Source of the DNA: Candidatus Onthousia faecipullorum
GTDB lineage: Bacteria > Bacillota_I > Bacilli_A > RF39 > UBA660
DNA: 64,000 nt
NCBI GenBank assembly: GCA_018715925.1
Contig: DVKQ01000008.1
Coordinates: 1,562-65,561 of the forward strand
Direction: 5' to 3'
Shown here: positions 37,758 through 48,060 of the stretch, in pieces
How the letters are laid out: each line of letters begins with the position of its first letter
Numbering within the stretch: the stretch's first letter is position 1
Notes under the pieces: model-generated
Databases searched by the model: none
Told to the model about the DNA's origin: nothing
The model's input: only the letters and a program-made list of their open reading frames with translations
Program-made: the position numbers and the translations under genes

Positions 37758-37863
37758 TTTCTATATCACCGCCTTTTCTTATATTATATTTAATGAAAAG
37801 ATGTTTGTCAAGTTTTTGCAGTAAGTGTGCAAAAAAATATTATTTTCGACATTTTTTTGCACA

Positions 37864-39072
37864 TTATCTTCTTTCAATATTATAATCTTCTTCTTTTTTA
37901 CTAGCTCTTATAACACTACCTTTTCCATATTTTTTAATAATGCTATCCATTACCTCCTCTACCTTATCTTCTACTTTCACATCAGATTCTTCAAATAAAG
38001 ACATCTGACTAACGGCTTTCTCTTTTAAATCACCTAATCTTACTCCTATATTTCTAATAGGATCTTCTTTCCAGCTAGCTTCAAAGATTGTTTTAACTCC
38101 TTTATAGATTTCTTCTGTTACATTAGTAGGATTATCTAAAGTAATTTGATGAGAATAGTTTTTAAATAAATTATTTCTATAAGTAACAGCGATAGTTCCT
38201 GTATATAGTTTTTGACTTCTTAAAGTGAAAGAGACTTCTTCTGTTTCACTAAATAATATTTTTAATAAGTCTTCTTTTCTAGTTACATCATAAGGTAAGG
38301 TTCTAGAGATACTAATACACTTATTTTTAGCATTTCTAGGTTCTACTTTACTATAATCTATTCCTAATGCTGCTTCTTTAAAATAGTCTCCCTGACTTTT
38401 AAAATGTCTTCTTAATAAACCTATATTAGCTTCTGCTAAATCTTTAATAGTATATATTCCTAAGTCATTTAATTTTTTAGCAGAACTTTTACCTAACATA
38501 AATAAATCATTTACTTTTAAAGGCCACATTTTAGTTTCAATTTCATTTAAATAAAGAGTATGTACTTTATCTGGCTTTTCAAAGTCACTTGCCATTTTTG
38601 CACATAGTTTATTCTCTCCTATTCCAACATTGACTGTAAAACCAAACTTTTCTTTGATTTCATCTTTTATTTTGTGAGCTAGAGATACATAATCATTACC
38701 GTAAAGAAGAGTTGTTCCAGTAAGGTCAAGAAAACATTCATCAATAGAGTATTGTTCTATTACTGGAGTATACTGTGATAGATAATTATATAACTTTTTA
38801 GACTCTTCTTTATAAAAAGCATAGTTAGGAGGAAATACTTGTAAGGCTTTACATTTACTTCTAGCACTATATAATGTTTCTGCTGTTACTATTCCATATT
38901 TCTTAGCGATAGGACTTTTAGCAAGGACTATACCACGTCTTGCTTTTTCATCTCCACCAATAACACTAGGAATCTTTCTAATATCTTGTTTATAGCCGTG
39001 ATTTAAAAGATAAATGGCAGTCCAAGATAAAAAAGCATTATTAACATCAATATGAAAAATAATCCGCTTCAT
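37864..39072 (-). CDS. dinB: Y-family DNA polymerase (DinB/UmuC-like)
   Basis: N-terminal FHIDVNNAF, catalytic SIDECFLD, and little-finger region. Confidence 0.8.
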   Translation of the reverse strand: MKRIIFHIDVNNAFLSWTAIYLLNHGYKQDIRKIPSVIGGDEKARRGIVLAKSPIAKKYGIVTAETLYSARSKCKALQVFPPNYAFYKEESKKLYNYLSQYTPVIEQYSIDECFLDLTGTTLLYGNDYVSLAHKIKDEIKEKFGFTVNVGIGENKLCAKMASDFEKPDKVHTLYLNEIETKMWPLKVNDLFMLGKSSAKKLNDLGIYTIKDLAEANIGLLRRHFKSQGDYFKEAALGIDYSKVEPRNAKNKCISISRTLPYDVTRKEDLLKILFSETEEVSFTLRSQKLYTGTIAVTYRNNLFKNYSHQITLDNPTNVTEEIYKGVKTIFEASWKEDPIRNIGVRLGDLKEKAVSQMSLFEESDVKVEDKVEEVMDSIIKKYGKGSVIRASKKEEDYNIERR

Positions 39073-39130
39073 AGTTTTCCCTCCTCTTTACTCTATTATA
39101 TAATACGTTAGTTCTATTTGAAAGAGAAAA

Positions 39131-39151
39131 AATAACCAAATACTGGTTATT
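39131..39151 (-). terminator. gpmI terminator hairpin AATAACCAG...TGGTTATT plus U-run
   Basis: Stem-loop followed by TTTTTCTC on the minus strand. Confidence 0.5.
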
Positions 39152-39155
39152 CGTT

Positions 39156-39174
39156 TTCCACAATTTTGTGGATA
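39156..39174. repeat. palindromic element TTCCACAA-TTT-TGTGGATA, copy C
   Basis: Lies between the gpmI stop and its terminator hairpin. Confidence 0.5.
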
Positions 39175-39179
39175 ATCTT

Positions 39180-40676
39180 TTATATTAAGTTATTACCAGT
39201 CATTTCATCTGGTTTTTCTATATCCATATATTTTAGTATTGTAGGAGCGATATCTCCTAGTTTACCTGTTTTTATTTCTTTTATATTATGGTCTGTAATA
39301 ATAAATGGAACAGGACTAGTTGTGTGAGCAGTTATTACATCTCCTTTATCGTCTTCCATAATTTCAGAATTACCATGGTCTGCTGTTACAAACATTGTAA
39401 AACCTTTTTCCTTACTTGCTTCATATAGTCTTCCTACATTTTCATTAACAGCTTTAACAGCTTCTACAACTTTATCAAATTTACCAGTATGTCCTACCAT
39501 ATCACAGTTTGCAAAGTTTAGAATGATTAAATCGTATTTATCCATAACTTCTATTAATTTATCTGTTACTTCATAAGCACTCATAGCAGGATACATATCA
39601 TAAGTTGCTACATCTTTTCTTGGAACAATTATTTTATCTGTATTAGGAATATCTTTTTCTTCTCCTCCATCAAAGAAGTATGTAACATGTGGATATTTAC
39701 TAGCTTCTGCTATTCTTAGAATCTTTAATCCAATTGAGGCAGCATATTCTCCTAATGTATTAGTTAGATGCATTGGAGGAAAAGCAGGTGTAGCGATAAC
39801 TGTATGTTCTGGAGTCATCATAGTAACTAGTTTTACATTTTTAAAATCTACTCTTGGAAACTCTTTGAAGTCTTTATTAGTTAGAGCAGTGAAAGTTTGA
39901 GTAATACGGTCTGGTCTAAAGTTAAGCATTACCATACCATCATTTTCTTTAAGGCTTCCATCATCTATTAATTTAGCAGGAACAATAAACTCATCCATAA
40001 TATTTTGTTTATATGAGTCTTCAATATAATCTTTATATGAATCTATTTTTGGTCCATCTCCATGTACTAATAAGTCATAATACTTCTTAGTAACATTCCA
40101 CATTCTTTCTCTATCCATAGAATAATATCTTCCAGAAATATCTGCTAGTTTACCAAAGCCTAGTTCATTAAGTTTATCATTCAATTCATCTAGAAATTTA
40201 AGAGCAACATCTGGAAGAGTATCTCTACCATCTAGAAAAGCATGAACATAGACATTATGAAAGTTTTCTTTTTTACATAGGTCTAACATTGCAAAGAAGT
40301 GATTAATATGAGAATGAACTCCTCCATCACTTAATAGTCCAAATAAATGTAGGGCTGAATTATTTTCTTTACAATGATTAATTATATCTAATAAAACTTT
40401 ATTTTTAAAGAAACTACCATCTTCTATAGCATGATTAATTTGCATAAGTGGTTGGTCTACAACACGTCCTGCTCCTATATTTAAATGTCCTACTTCACTG
40501 TTACCCATTTGTCCAGCTGGAAGTCCAACTGCTTCACCACTAGCTTCCAAAGTAGTATGAGGGTATTCCTTCCATAAGTTTATTATATTTTCTGGATTAG
40601 CTGCAATAACGGCATTACCTTTCTTTTCTTCTCTATATCCAAAACCATCTATTATTGTTAATAATACTTTTTTCAT
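39180..40676 (-). CDS. gpmI: 2,3-bisphosphoglycerate-independent phosphoglycerate mutase
   Basis: 498 aa. iPGM metalloenzyme motifs (catalytic Ser region, His/Asp Mn ligands). Confidence 0.9.
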   Translation of the reverse strand: MKKVLLTIIDGFGYREEKKGNAVIAANPENIINLWKEYPHTTLEASGEAVGLPAGQMGNSEVGHLNIGAGRVVDQPLMQINHAIEDGSFFKNKVLLDIINHCKENNSALHLFGLLSDGGVHSHINHFFAMLDLCKKENFHNVYVHAFLDGRDTLPDVALKFLDELNDKLNELGFGKLADISGRYYSMDRERMWNVTKKYYDLLVHGDGPKIDSYKDYIEDSYKQNIMDEFIVPAKLIDDGSLKENDGMVMLNFRPDRITQTFTALTNKDFKEFPRVDFKNVKLVTMMTPEHTVIATPAFPPMHLTNTLGEYAASIGLKILRIAEASKYPHVTYFFDGGEEKDIPNTDKIIVPRKDVATYDMYPAMSAYEVTDKLIEVMDKYDLIILNFANCDMVGHTGKFDKVVEAVKAVNENVGRLYEASKEKGFTMFVTADHGNSEIMEDDKGDVITAHTTSPVPFIITDHNIKEIKTGKLGDIAPTILKYMDIEKPDEMTGNNLI

Positions 40677-40687
40677 ATTTCACTCTC

Positions 40688-41965
40688 CTAGTATAATTGT
40701 TCATTTAAACAGAATATAGCATATATTGGTAGATACCTAACATTTTTCTTTGTTGAAAAGTTATTTTCTGTAATACGATAGGCATCTGTTACAATATATT
40801 TTTTCATAAATACTGATAGACTCTTTACTTTAGAACCTTGTTTAGTAGCAAGTTCTATAGGAATAATCTTACCCATTCTATTTTGAATAACAAAGTTAAC
40901 TTCGGCTTTTCCCTCTGACTGATAATAGTATAGGGAATAACCTGCTTCTACTAAAGTATGGGCGATATGATTTTCATATAAGGCTTGCTTAACATCATCA
41001 TCAACTTTTAATCTATCTTTAGTTAAGTTATATCTCATACTTAATAGTCCATCATCTGGTAGATATAATTTAAAACTATCAAGTTCTCTACAACTAGATA
41101 AAGGAGACTTTGCTACTCTTATTTTATATGAACGATAGACTAATTGATTAGTTACTAAATAATTAATAGAGTTTTCATACTCTTTAGCTCTTCTACCATA
41201 ACCTAAAACACCATATTGGAACTTTTTATTTTCTTTTTCTAATTGTTTAGGAATACTTTCCATTACTTCAATACCACGTTCTATATCTATTAAGTTTTTA
41301 CTGTTTAGTAGTTCACTTTTATTAATATCAAAGACTCTTTCTTTAATACTATCTAGGTATCCATAATGCTTTTTAGTAGCATAGGCATCTACTACTTCAG
41401 GAAGCCCTCCTGTTATTAAATATTCATAGAAATAATCTAAGGCTTTAGTATGAACACTACAACTTCTATGATTATCATAAGCATATCTTATTTTCTCTGC
41501 TACTTCTTTTTCTCCAATAGCCCATAAGAATTCTTCATAATCCATTTCTGTCATAATTTTATATTGAAATTCTTCTCCTCTAAACTTTAATAGAGAATCT
41601 CTACTTGATGTTATAGCGATAACATGATAATCATTTTTATCATAACCAAATAGTTTTATTCCTTTAATTATCTCTTCATCTGTAACATTATCAAAGATTA
41701 TTAAAGTATCATTTTTAACAATAGGAACTTCTGATATTATACTTAAAGCTTCTGCTAATCTTGTAATAGATCTTTCTTTTTTAAATAAGTCTTTCAAAAT
41801 AGTATTATGATCAGTATTAAAATAAGCGACATACTTATAGTTATTTTTACCGAAGTCTAAAGCTGTATAAGTTTTACCTACTTGTCTTGTTCCAATTATT
41901 AATAAAGGCTTTCTTATTAAATCTGTTTTCCATTTCAATAAGAATTGATTGATTTTTCGTTCCAT
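40688..41965 (-). CDS. AAA+ ATPase, AAA_14/DUF4143 family (second copy)
   Basis: Walker A GTRQVGKT and the same architecture as 36561-37757. Confidence 0.7.
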   Translation of the reverse strand: MERKINQFLLKWKTDLIRKPLLIIGTRQVGKTYTALDFGKNNYKYVAYFNTDHNTILKDLFKKERSITRLAEALSIISEVPIVKNDTLIIFDNVTDEEIIKGIKLFGYDKNDYHVIAITSSRDSLLKFRGEEFQYKIMTEMDYEEFLWAIGEKEVAEKIRYAYDNHRSCSVHTKALDYFYEYLITGGLPEVVDAYATKKHYGYLDSIKERVFDINKSELLNSKNLIDIERGIEVMESIPKQLEKENKKFQYGVLGYGRRAKEYENSINYLVTNQLVYRSYKIRVAKSPLSSCRELDSFKLYLPDDGLLSMRYNLTKDRLKVDDDVKQALYENHIAHTLVEAGYSLYYYQSEGKAEVNFVIQNRMGKIIPIELATKQGSKVKSLSVFMKKYIVTDAYRITENNFSTKKNVRYLPIYAIFCLNEQLY

Positions 41966-42095
41966 TTAGTGTAGTCACCTCCCACATCTTCTAATATAAG
42001 TATATATATTTTCTAATATTTAGTCAATAATATAAAAAAGAAAAAGCTATAAAATTATATTATAATTCTATAGCTTACATCTAACATCTTTAAAA

Positions 42096-42833
42096 TTAAT
42101 TTTGCATATCAATATCTACTTGGTCTAAAAGACTTTTATATTTTTCTAATTTCTCTTCTAATCTATTTTGGCATTTTTTAAATACTATTACTAAATCTTC
42201 ACTATCGCCTGTTTTCTGGGCTTTATATAGGGCTTCTCTATATTCATCATCATACTTATCATCTATAGCGATTAAGTCAATATTCCATTCTAAACATTGT
42301 TTTAGAATAATAAATCTACCTATCCTACCATTGCCATCTTGGAAGGGATGAATTTTTTCAAATTTATAATGAAAATCTGCTATATCTTTTAGGGTAACTG
42401 TTTCTAGTTCGTTATAATCAGATAATAAATTAAACATTAAGTTATCAACTTCTACTGGTAAAGCTAATTTTAAATCTACGCCTCTTAATTTGTTTTCATA
42501 TCTTTTCCACATACCAATATTATGTATCTCATCATCAACTGTACCTTTTTTTAGTAGTTTATGCCAATTAAATAACATAAACTTATCTAATAATTCGCTA
42601 CTATCATTAATTACTTGGTCAAAAACTTCTAAAGAGTTCTTTGTTTCAATTATATCGTCTAGGGAATGGCTTCCTTCAACTTTCTTTTCAGTTAAAAGCT
42701 TCTCTAATTCATCTTTAGAAAAAGTACTTCCCTCTAAATGATTAGAATGATATAAAAACTCTATTTTTAAATCTTCATATATTGAGTTAGTAATTTTTGA
42801 TAAATATTTCATCTTTTTACTATCAATTTTCAT
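42096..42833 (-). CDS. Fic-family protein, class II (intramolecular inhibitory motif)
   Basis: Canonical Fic motif HPFQDGNGRIGR, and an N-terminal inhibitory [ST]xxxE[GN] motif (SNHLEG) in the same protein. Confidence 0.8.
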   Translation of the reverse strand: MKIDSKKMKYLSKITNSIYEDLKIEFLYHSNHLEGSTFSKDELEKLLTEKKVEGSHSLDDIIETKNSLEVFDQVINDSSELLDKFMLFNWHKLLKKGTVDDEIHNIGMWKRYENKLRGVDLKLALPVEVDNLMFNLLSDYNELETVTLKDIADFHYKFEKIHPFQDGNGRIGRFIILKQCLEWNIDLIAIDDKYDDEYREALYKAQKTGDSEDLVIVFKKCQNRLEEKLEKYKSLLDQVDIDMQN

Positions 42834-42847
42834 AATATCACCTGCTT

Positions 42848-43285
42848 TTATAATGACAATTTTTTAGTTAATTTTATTTCACTATCTGATTTTTCTTTGT
42901 TAAATTTTAATATCTCCTTTATATTTTCATCAGTAGTACCTACAAGTTTTACAACATTAGGTAATTCATAAAATGCAACTGTATTTTCTATGCTAAATTC
43001 ATCTTCTGTTGCAGAACATAAAAAAGTTTTCTTATTAAGAGCTATAGACATTCCTAGTTCAATATGAGCTCCTCTTCCTGCTGGCAATAGTATAACTACA
43101 ACATCAGAACTCATTACGCCTTCCTGCTCTAATTTAGCATATTCTCTTATTTCATCAATATCTATGTCATTATTAATATTTTTTACCCAATTGTATGTTT
43201 GCTCCCAACCAGCTTCTTTTAACTTTTCTTGATAATATTCTACTAGTTTAGCATTTTTCATTCCAGATCCAACATAAAACTTCAT
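42848..43285 (-). CDS. nucleoside 2-deoxyribosyltransferase-like (flavodoxin-like fold) protein
   Basis: KFYVGSG N-terminus and SSDVVVILLPAGRGAHIELGMSIALNKK resemble the NDT / YtoQ-like family. 14 nt upstream of the Fic gene. Confidence 0.4.
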   Translation of the reverse strand: MKFYVGSGMKNAKLVEYYQEKLKEAGWEQTYNWVKNINNDIDIDEIREYAKLEQEGVMSSDVVVILLPAGRGAHIELGMSIALNKKTFLCSATEDEFSIENTVAFYELPNVVKLVGTTDENIKEILKFNKEKSDSEIKLTKKLSL

Positions 43286-43402
43286 TATATTTATTCCTTT
43301 CTGTTTAAATAACTTTTTTCTTGTATACTGTAATTATATCATTAATTATTTTTAAATGAAAGCAAAATAAAAAGACTACTACTGCTCGTCTTAATAATAT
43401 TA

Positions 43403-44179
43403 TTACTGCCTAATTGCATCTTGATGAAATTCAAGACGAAGTTTATCTGCGACTGTGACAATAAATTCTGAATTAGTTGGTTTTGCTTTATCGATATCAA
43501 CACTATGTCCAAAGATTTCTTCCATTAACTGCCAATTACCTCTATTCCAACTTACTTCAATAGCGTGTCTTATAGCACGTTCAACACGAGATACTGTTGT
43601 ATCAAATTTCTCTGCTATATCTGGATATAGTTCTTTAGTAATCCCGCCTATTACCTCAGGATGTTCATAAAGAACTGTTATACCTTCTCTTATATATTGA
43701 TATCCTTTAATATGAGATGGTACACCTAATTCGTGAAGAATCTTTGTTATTGATACTTGTAAGTTATTATATTTCATATCAATCGTTTTCTTATCATAAT
43801 CGTTCTTACTACTACACTCTAATATTCTTTTTTCTAGTTCTGTTAATTCAAAAGGTTTCAAGATGAAGTAACTAATACCTAATTCACTAGCTTCTCTTAT
43901 AACTTCTTGAGTATTAAATGAAGTTAAGACAATTACTTTTTTATCTAGTTTCTTTGCTTTCATATCTTTTAGTACACTCATACCATCTTTATTAGGCATA
44001 ATTAGGTCAAGAACAATTACATCATAATCCTCTTGATTATTTTCTATTAGGTTTAATCCTTCTACTCCATCATTCGCAGTTAAAGTAACTTCTATTTCTT
44101 TATTATCTTTAAAGTACTCCTTCACCATTTTAACTAGTTCAATATTATCATCAATCATTAATACGTTGGTCTTTTTCAT
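43403..44179 (-). CDS. spo0A: sporulation master regulator Spo0A
   Basis: Receiver domain with D-D-K, plus the diagnostic Spo0A_C signature [14 protein letters not shown]...[15 protein letters not shown]...KPTNSEFI. Start trimmed to [11 protein letters not shown], which has a GGAAGGAG RBS. Confidence 0.85.
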   Translation of the reverse strand: MKKTNVLMIDDNIELVKMVKEYFKDNKEIEVTLTANDGVEGLNLIENNQEDYDVIVLDLIMPNKDGMSVLKDMKAKKLDKKVIVLTSFNTQEVIREASELGISYFILKPFELTELEKRILECSSKNDYDKKTIDMKYNNLQVSITKILHELGVPSHIKGYQYIREGITVLYEHPEVIGGITKELYPDIAEKFDTTVSRVERAIRHAIEVSWNRGNWQLMEEIFGHSVDIDKAKPTNSEFIVTVADKLRLEFHQDAIRQ

Positions 44180-44261
44180 TTTCTCTCCTTCCATATACTA
44201 CCACGCATCTTAATTATATAACAGATAAGAAAAATTTGATAGAGTAAAAAAAGAAAGATTT

Positions 44262-44268
44262 TGTCGAA
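44262..44268. promoter_or_regulatory. candidate Spo0A box TGTCGAA upstream of spo0A
   Basis: Exact 0A-box heptamer ~85 nt upstream of the spo0A start. A single short motif. Confidence 0.3.
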
Positions 44269-44280
44269 AAGAAAAAAGTT

Positions 44281-44799
44281 TTAATCTTTTTTGATTAAAA
44301 CTTTGTGTTTAGGTAATTCTAACTTAGGTAAGGTAGCATTTAATTGGTAAGTTGTTATCCCATTTGATTTATCTACTTCAAAATTAAAATTATCTTGTTC
44401 TGCTAATTCTTTAATATAAGAAGGTTTTATATACATATATTCTTCTTTATCTGATGATTTTATTGAAGAAACACAAATTATAGGATTACCATTTAAATAA
44501 CCATTATTTATATAGTGTTCTAAGATTCTTGATGAAATAGTAGTATTACTAACTCTTTCGCACCATTGTGGAAAAGTTCCATTATAATCGTCAGAATATA
44601 CTATTTTTTCATCAGAAAACGAAAACTCTAGGTCACTTAAAATACTATTCTCTGCTTCCAGTAAAATTACTTTATTAATAAACTCTGCATAATATAGTTG
44701 ACTACATTCTTTTATCTTATTTTCTATTATTTCTAAAACTTGCTCTTGTTTTTTTATGGCTTCTTCCCTTATCTTTATTAATTCTTCTAAATTTGGCAT
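44281..44799 (-). CDS. hypothetical protein (172 aa)
   Basis: ORF located between tpiA and spo0A. Confidence 0.5.
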   Translation of the reverse strand: MPNLEELIKIREEAIKKQEQVLEIIENKIKECSQLYYAEFINKVILLEAENSILSDLEFSFSDEKIVYSDDYNGTFPQWCERVSNTTISSRILEHYINNGYLNGNPIICVSSIKSSDKEEYMYIKPSYIKELAEQDNFNFEVDKSNGITTYQLNATLPKLELPKHKVLIKKD

Positions 44800-44819
44800 A
44801 ATATCACTTCCTTAGCTTT

Positions 44820-45521
44820 CTATTGTAACTTATCAAGAAACTCTTGTAAAGAAGGAAGTTTTAAAGATATTCCTCCTAATAGAAAGCCATCTATATCTTT
44901 AACTTGTTTTAATTCATCAATATTCTTTTCATTAGCACTACCACCGTATAAGACTTTCTTATGATATGTTTCTTTTAACATAGTAGTTACTTTTTCAATA
45001 TCTAGATTTGTGGGAACAATACCTGTACCTATTGCAAATATAGGTTCATAGGCAATAATAAAGTCTTTGGATTTATCTATTTCACTTAGTAGATAGTCCA
45101 TATCTTTTTTTATTTTATCAACATATTTACCACTTTTATGTTCTTCTAGAGTATCTCCTATGCAGATAATTGGTATTAAATCATTAGAGAAGGCTTGTTC
45201 TAACTTTTGCTTACTTATCTCTAGATTTTCATTCATCTTAGTAGTTCTTTCACTATGATTAATTAATGTATAAGTAGCCCCTAATGATTTAATGGCTTTA
45301 GCAGTAACTTCTCCTGTGTATGCTCCCATTGTTTTACTACTTACATCTTCTGAAGCATATGTTATGTTATCTGGTATTAATGGTAAGTAACAAACACTTG
45401 GTATTAGAATCATTTCGTGATTATAGGTATTTAAGTTTTTATAATCTTCTAAGTACTTTAATATCTCATCTTTAGTAAAATTACTTTTGTGATTAAGTGC
45501 TACTATCATTTTTCTTTCCAC
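44820..45521 (-). CDS. tpiA: triosephosphate isomerase (divergent)
   Basis: Catalytic K in NHKSN, H in LINHSER, E in AYEPIFAIGTG, and a YGGS loop. Confidence 0.75.
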   Translation of the reverse strand: MERKMIVALNHKSNFTKDEILKYLEDYKNLNTYNHEMILIPSVCYLPLIPDNITYASEDVSSKTMGAYTGEVTAKAIKSLGATYTLINHSERTTKMNENLEISKQKLEQAFSNDLIPIICIGDTLEEHKSGKYVDKIKKDMDYLLSEIDKSKDFIIAYEPIFAIGTGIVPTNLDIEKVTTMLKETYHKKVLYGGSANEKNIDELKQVKDIDGFLLGGISLKLPSLQEFLDKLQ

Positions 45522-46749
45522 CCTTCCATTTGCTTTTTATTTTTTCCACAAGTCTTGTGGATAATGCTTGTTTTTTATTATGTTTAGTAATCGCTACTTT
45601 ATAAACTTCTAATACACTATCTGCAAAACTTGATAGTGAATATTTCTTAACAGAGCCTTCCGCTTTATCTGTTAGATTATCAAGTTCTAATTTATTGGTA
45701 GATAACTCTTCTACTATTTCTATACATTTTTTTTCATCTTTAAAGATACGACCATTAAAGTTATCTACAACTGCACTCTTAAAGGCATCATCGTCAATAC
45801 AAATTACTGGTAAGGATGCTGCTAAGGCTTCTATTACTGTTAGGCCTTGCGTTTCTGTAGTTGATGCTGTTATAAAGGCATTAGAGACATGATAATAGTT
45901 TGGCATATCTATCCAAGCAACTTTACCTGTAAACTTTATTCTATCTTCAAAGCCTCTTTCTTTAACTTCTTTTTTATACTTTTCTTCATCTGGTCCATAA
46001 CCTACTATTAGTAGTTTGATATTCTTATTTTTAGTCTTTTCTATAACATCAAAAAGAAATGGTACATTTTTCTCTTGAGCAAGTCTTCCTACAAATAACA
46101 TAACAAAGTCTTTTCTTTTGTAGCCTAACTCATGTCTTAATTTTAATACTTTTAATTTATCACTATTTACTTTATAAAATCTTCTAGCATCTACTCCAGT
46201 AGGAACGATATATATATCTTTATCATAATGATATTCATCTCTAAATAAATGATATGTCTTTACGGTTGGAACGATAAAAGCATCTGCTGTATTATCACAA
46301 TAGAACTTACTTAAATATTCTATTGCTTTTTTACATCCCATATCAAAGAATTTAATATTTCTTGAAATATACCAAGTATAGTCTTTATACATTGTATGAT
46401 AAGTATGAACTAGGGGAATATTATATTGTTTAGCGAATAGTCTTGCAAATATTCCCATACTAAGTTCTGTGTGTGAATGTATTATTTCTAAGTCCCATGA
46501 CTTTATTCTATTAATTACTTTTAAAGGATAGATACTAGACATTCTATAATCATATATTCCTAAAGGAATACCAGGTATTCTTAGTATTCTTTCTTTCTCA
46601 TCATAGTCATAGGTCTTACTATCTTGTCCTACGGTAACTATATAAACGGTATGACCTTTCTGTTCAAGAGCTTTCTTTAGCGTTTCTACACTAGTTACTA
46701 CTCCATTGACAGAAGGTACATATGCATCTGTAAATAGACCTATTCTCAT
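45493..46749 (-). CDS. GT4-family glycosyltransferase (possible glycolipid synthase)
   Basis: GT-B fold with N-terminal FTDAYVPSVNGV and an E-x7-E C-terminal motif. A copy of the TTCCACAA palindrome lies in its last codons. Confidence 0.7.
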   Translation of the reverse strand: MRIGLFTDAYVPSVNGVVTSVETLKKALEQKGHTVYIVTVGQDSKTYDYDEKERILRIPGIPLGIYDYRMSSIYPLKVINRIKSWDLEIIHSHTELSMGIFARLFAKQYNIPLVHTYHTMYKDYTWYISRNIKFFDMGCKKAIEYLSKFYCDNTADAFIVPTVKTYHLFRDEYHYDKDIYIVPTGVDARRFYKVNSDKLKVLKLRHELGYKRKDFVMLFVGRLAQEKNVPFLFDVIEKTKNKNIKLLIVGYGPDEEKYKKEVKERGFEDRIKFTGKVAWIDMPNYYHVSNAFITASTTETQGLTVIEALAASLPVICIDDDAFKSAVVDNFNGRIFKDEKKCIEIVEELSTNKLELDNLTDKAEGSVKKYSLSSFADSVLEVYKVAITKHNKKQALSTRLVEKIKSKWKGGKKNDSST

Positions 46750-46773
46750 AATAGTTCCTCCTTTAGTAATATT

Positions 46774-47952
46774 TTATTTTTCAGGTATATTTTTTAGTCC
46801 TGGTAGTTCTTTTCCTTCAAGATATTCTAGTGTTGCTCCTCCACCAGTTGAGATATGATATAGTTTATCTGTTACATTACAAGATGAAGCGGCTGCGACT
46901 ATATCTCCTCCACCAAGGACTGTTTTAGCATTAATTTCTGTTAAGTAAGTTAGAACATCATTTGTACCTTTAACATAGTTTTTAAACTCATATACACCTA
47001 GTGGTCCATTCCACATAACTGTTTTAGCATTACTTAAGTTATTCTTAAAGATATTAACAGTATTAGGACCAATATCTAAGCCCATCTCATTATCAGTTAG
47101 TTCTGTTATATCTTTAACAGTTCCTTCAGTATCTTCATATTTATCATTACAAACAACATCTACTGGTAATATTATTTTATCTTCATTTTCTTTTAATATT
47201 TTTTTACAGAAATCAAGGGACTCTTCATCTAATAGAGAATTACCAATATTATAACCTTCTGCTTTTAAGAAAGTAAAAGCCATGCCTCCACCTATTAAAA
47301 TCTTATCACATTTAGGAAGTAAGTTTTCAATTAGTCCTATCTTATCACTTACTTTAGCACCTCCTAATATTATTATAAATGGTCTATCAGGATTGAAAAG
47401 ATAAGATAAAGCATTTAGTTCTTTTTCGACAAGTAATCCTACACAACTAGGTAAGTAAGTACTTATACCTACGTTAGAGGCATGAGCACGATGAAGAGTA
47501 CCAAAGGCATCATTAATAAAGATATCTCCTAAACTTGCCCAGTATTTAGCAAGTTCCATATCACAACTACTTTCTTTTTTACCATCTAAATCTTCATAAC
47601 GAGTATTTTGCATTAGAACAATATCTCCATCTTTCATATTAGAAGTTGCTTGTTCTAGTTCTTCTCCTCTTGTAGAATTTACAAAGGTTACATTTTTATC
47701 TAATAGTTCACTAAGTCTTGTTGCAACAACACTTAGATTATTTTTTACTTTATCTTCTTCTGTTTTTACACGTCCTAAGTGAGACATTAATATTATTTTA
47801 GCATTATGTTCTAGGCAATATTTAATAGTAGGCAAGCTCTTTACTATTCTTGTGTCATCAGTAATTTTTCCTTCTTTAACAGGAACATTAAAATCACACC
47901 TAATTATTACTTTTTTATTATCAATATTTAAATCTTTAACTGTTTTCTTCAT
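46774..47952 (-). CDS. pgk: phosphoglycerate kinase
   Basis: PGK family. Its own TTGAAA-17-TACAAT promoter lies upstream. Confidence 0.9.
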   Translation of the reverse strand: MKKTVKDLNIDNKKVIIRCDFNVPVKEGKITDDTRIVKSLPTIKYCLEHNAKIILMSHLGRVKTEEDKVKNNLSVVATRLSELLDKNVTFVNSTRGEELEQATSNMKDGDIVLMQNTRYEDLDGKKESSCDMELAKYWASLGDIFINDAFGTLHRAHASNVGISTYLPSCVGLLVEKELNALSYLFNPDRPFIIILGGAKVSDKIGLIENLLPKCDKILIGGGMAFTFLKAEGYNIGNSLLDEESLDFCKKILKENEDKIILPVDVVCNDKYEDTEGTVKDITELTDNEMGLDIGPNTVNIFKNNLSNAKTVMWNGPLGVYEFKNYVKGTNDVLTYLTEINAKTVLGGGDIVAAASSCNVTDKLYHISTGGGATLEYLEGKELPGLKNIPEK

Positions 47953-48029
47953 ATATATAATCCTCCTAATAATATTGTAGTCTTTTTCTTATATTTTTTC
48001 AATGCTTCTTACATTTATAACAGTATTGT

Positions 48030-48060
48030 AATGTAAAAGAAAAAGAGCTTCAAGCTCTTA
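48030..48060 (-). terminator. gap terminator hairpin AAGAGCTTGAAGCTCTT plus U-run
   Basis: Overlaps the gap stop codon. Confidence 0.5.

Noticed and set aside
39073-39130. LexA (Cheo-type GAAC-N4-GTTC) box upstream of dinB
   Set aside because: Only a half-site-like AGAACTAACGTAT is present, with no convincing GTTC partner.
45544-45562. Fourth palindrome copy as an intergenic regulatory site
   Set aside because: It lies within the last codons of the GT4 ORF rather than in an intergenic region. It is kept only as a possible family member, not as a regulatory call.
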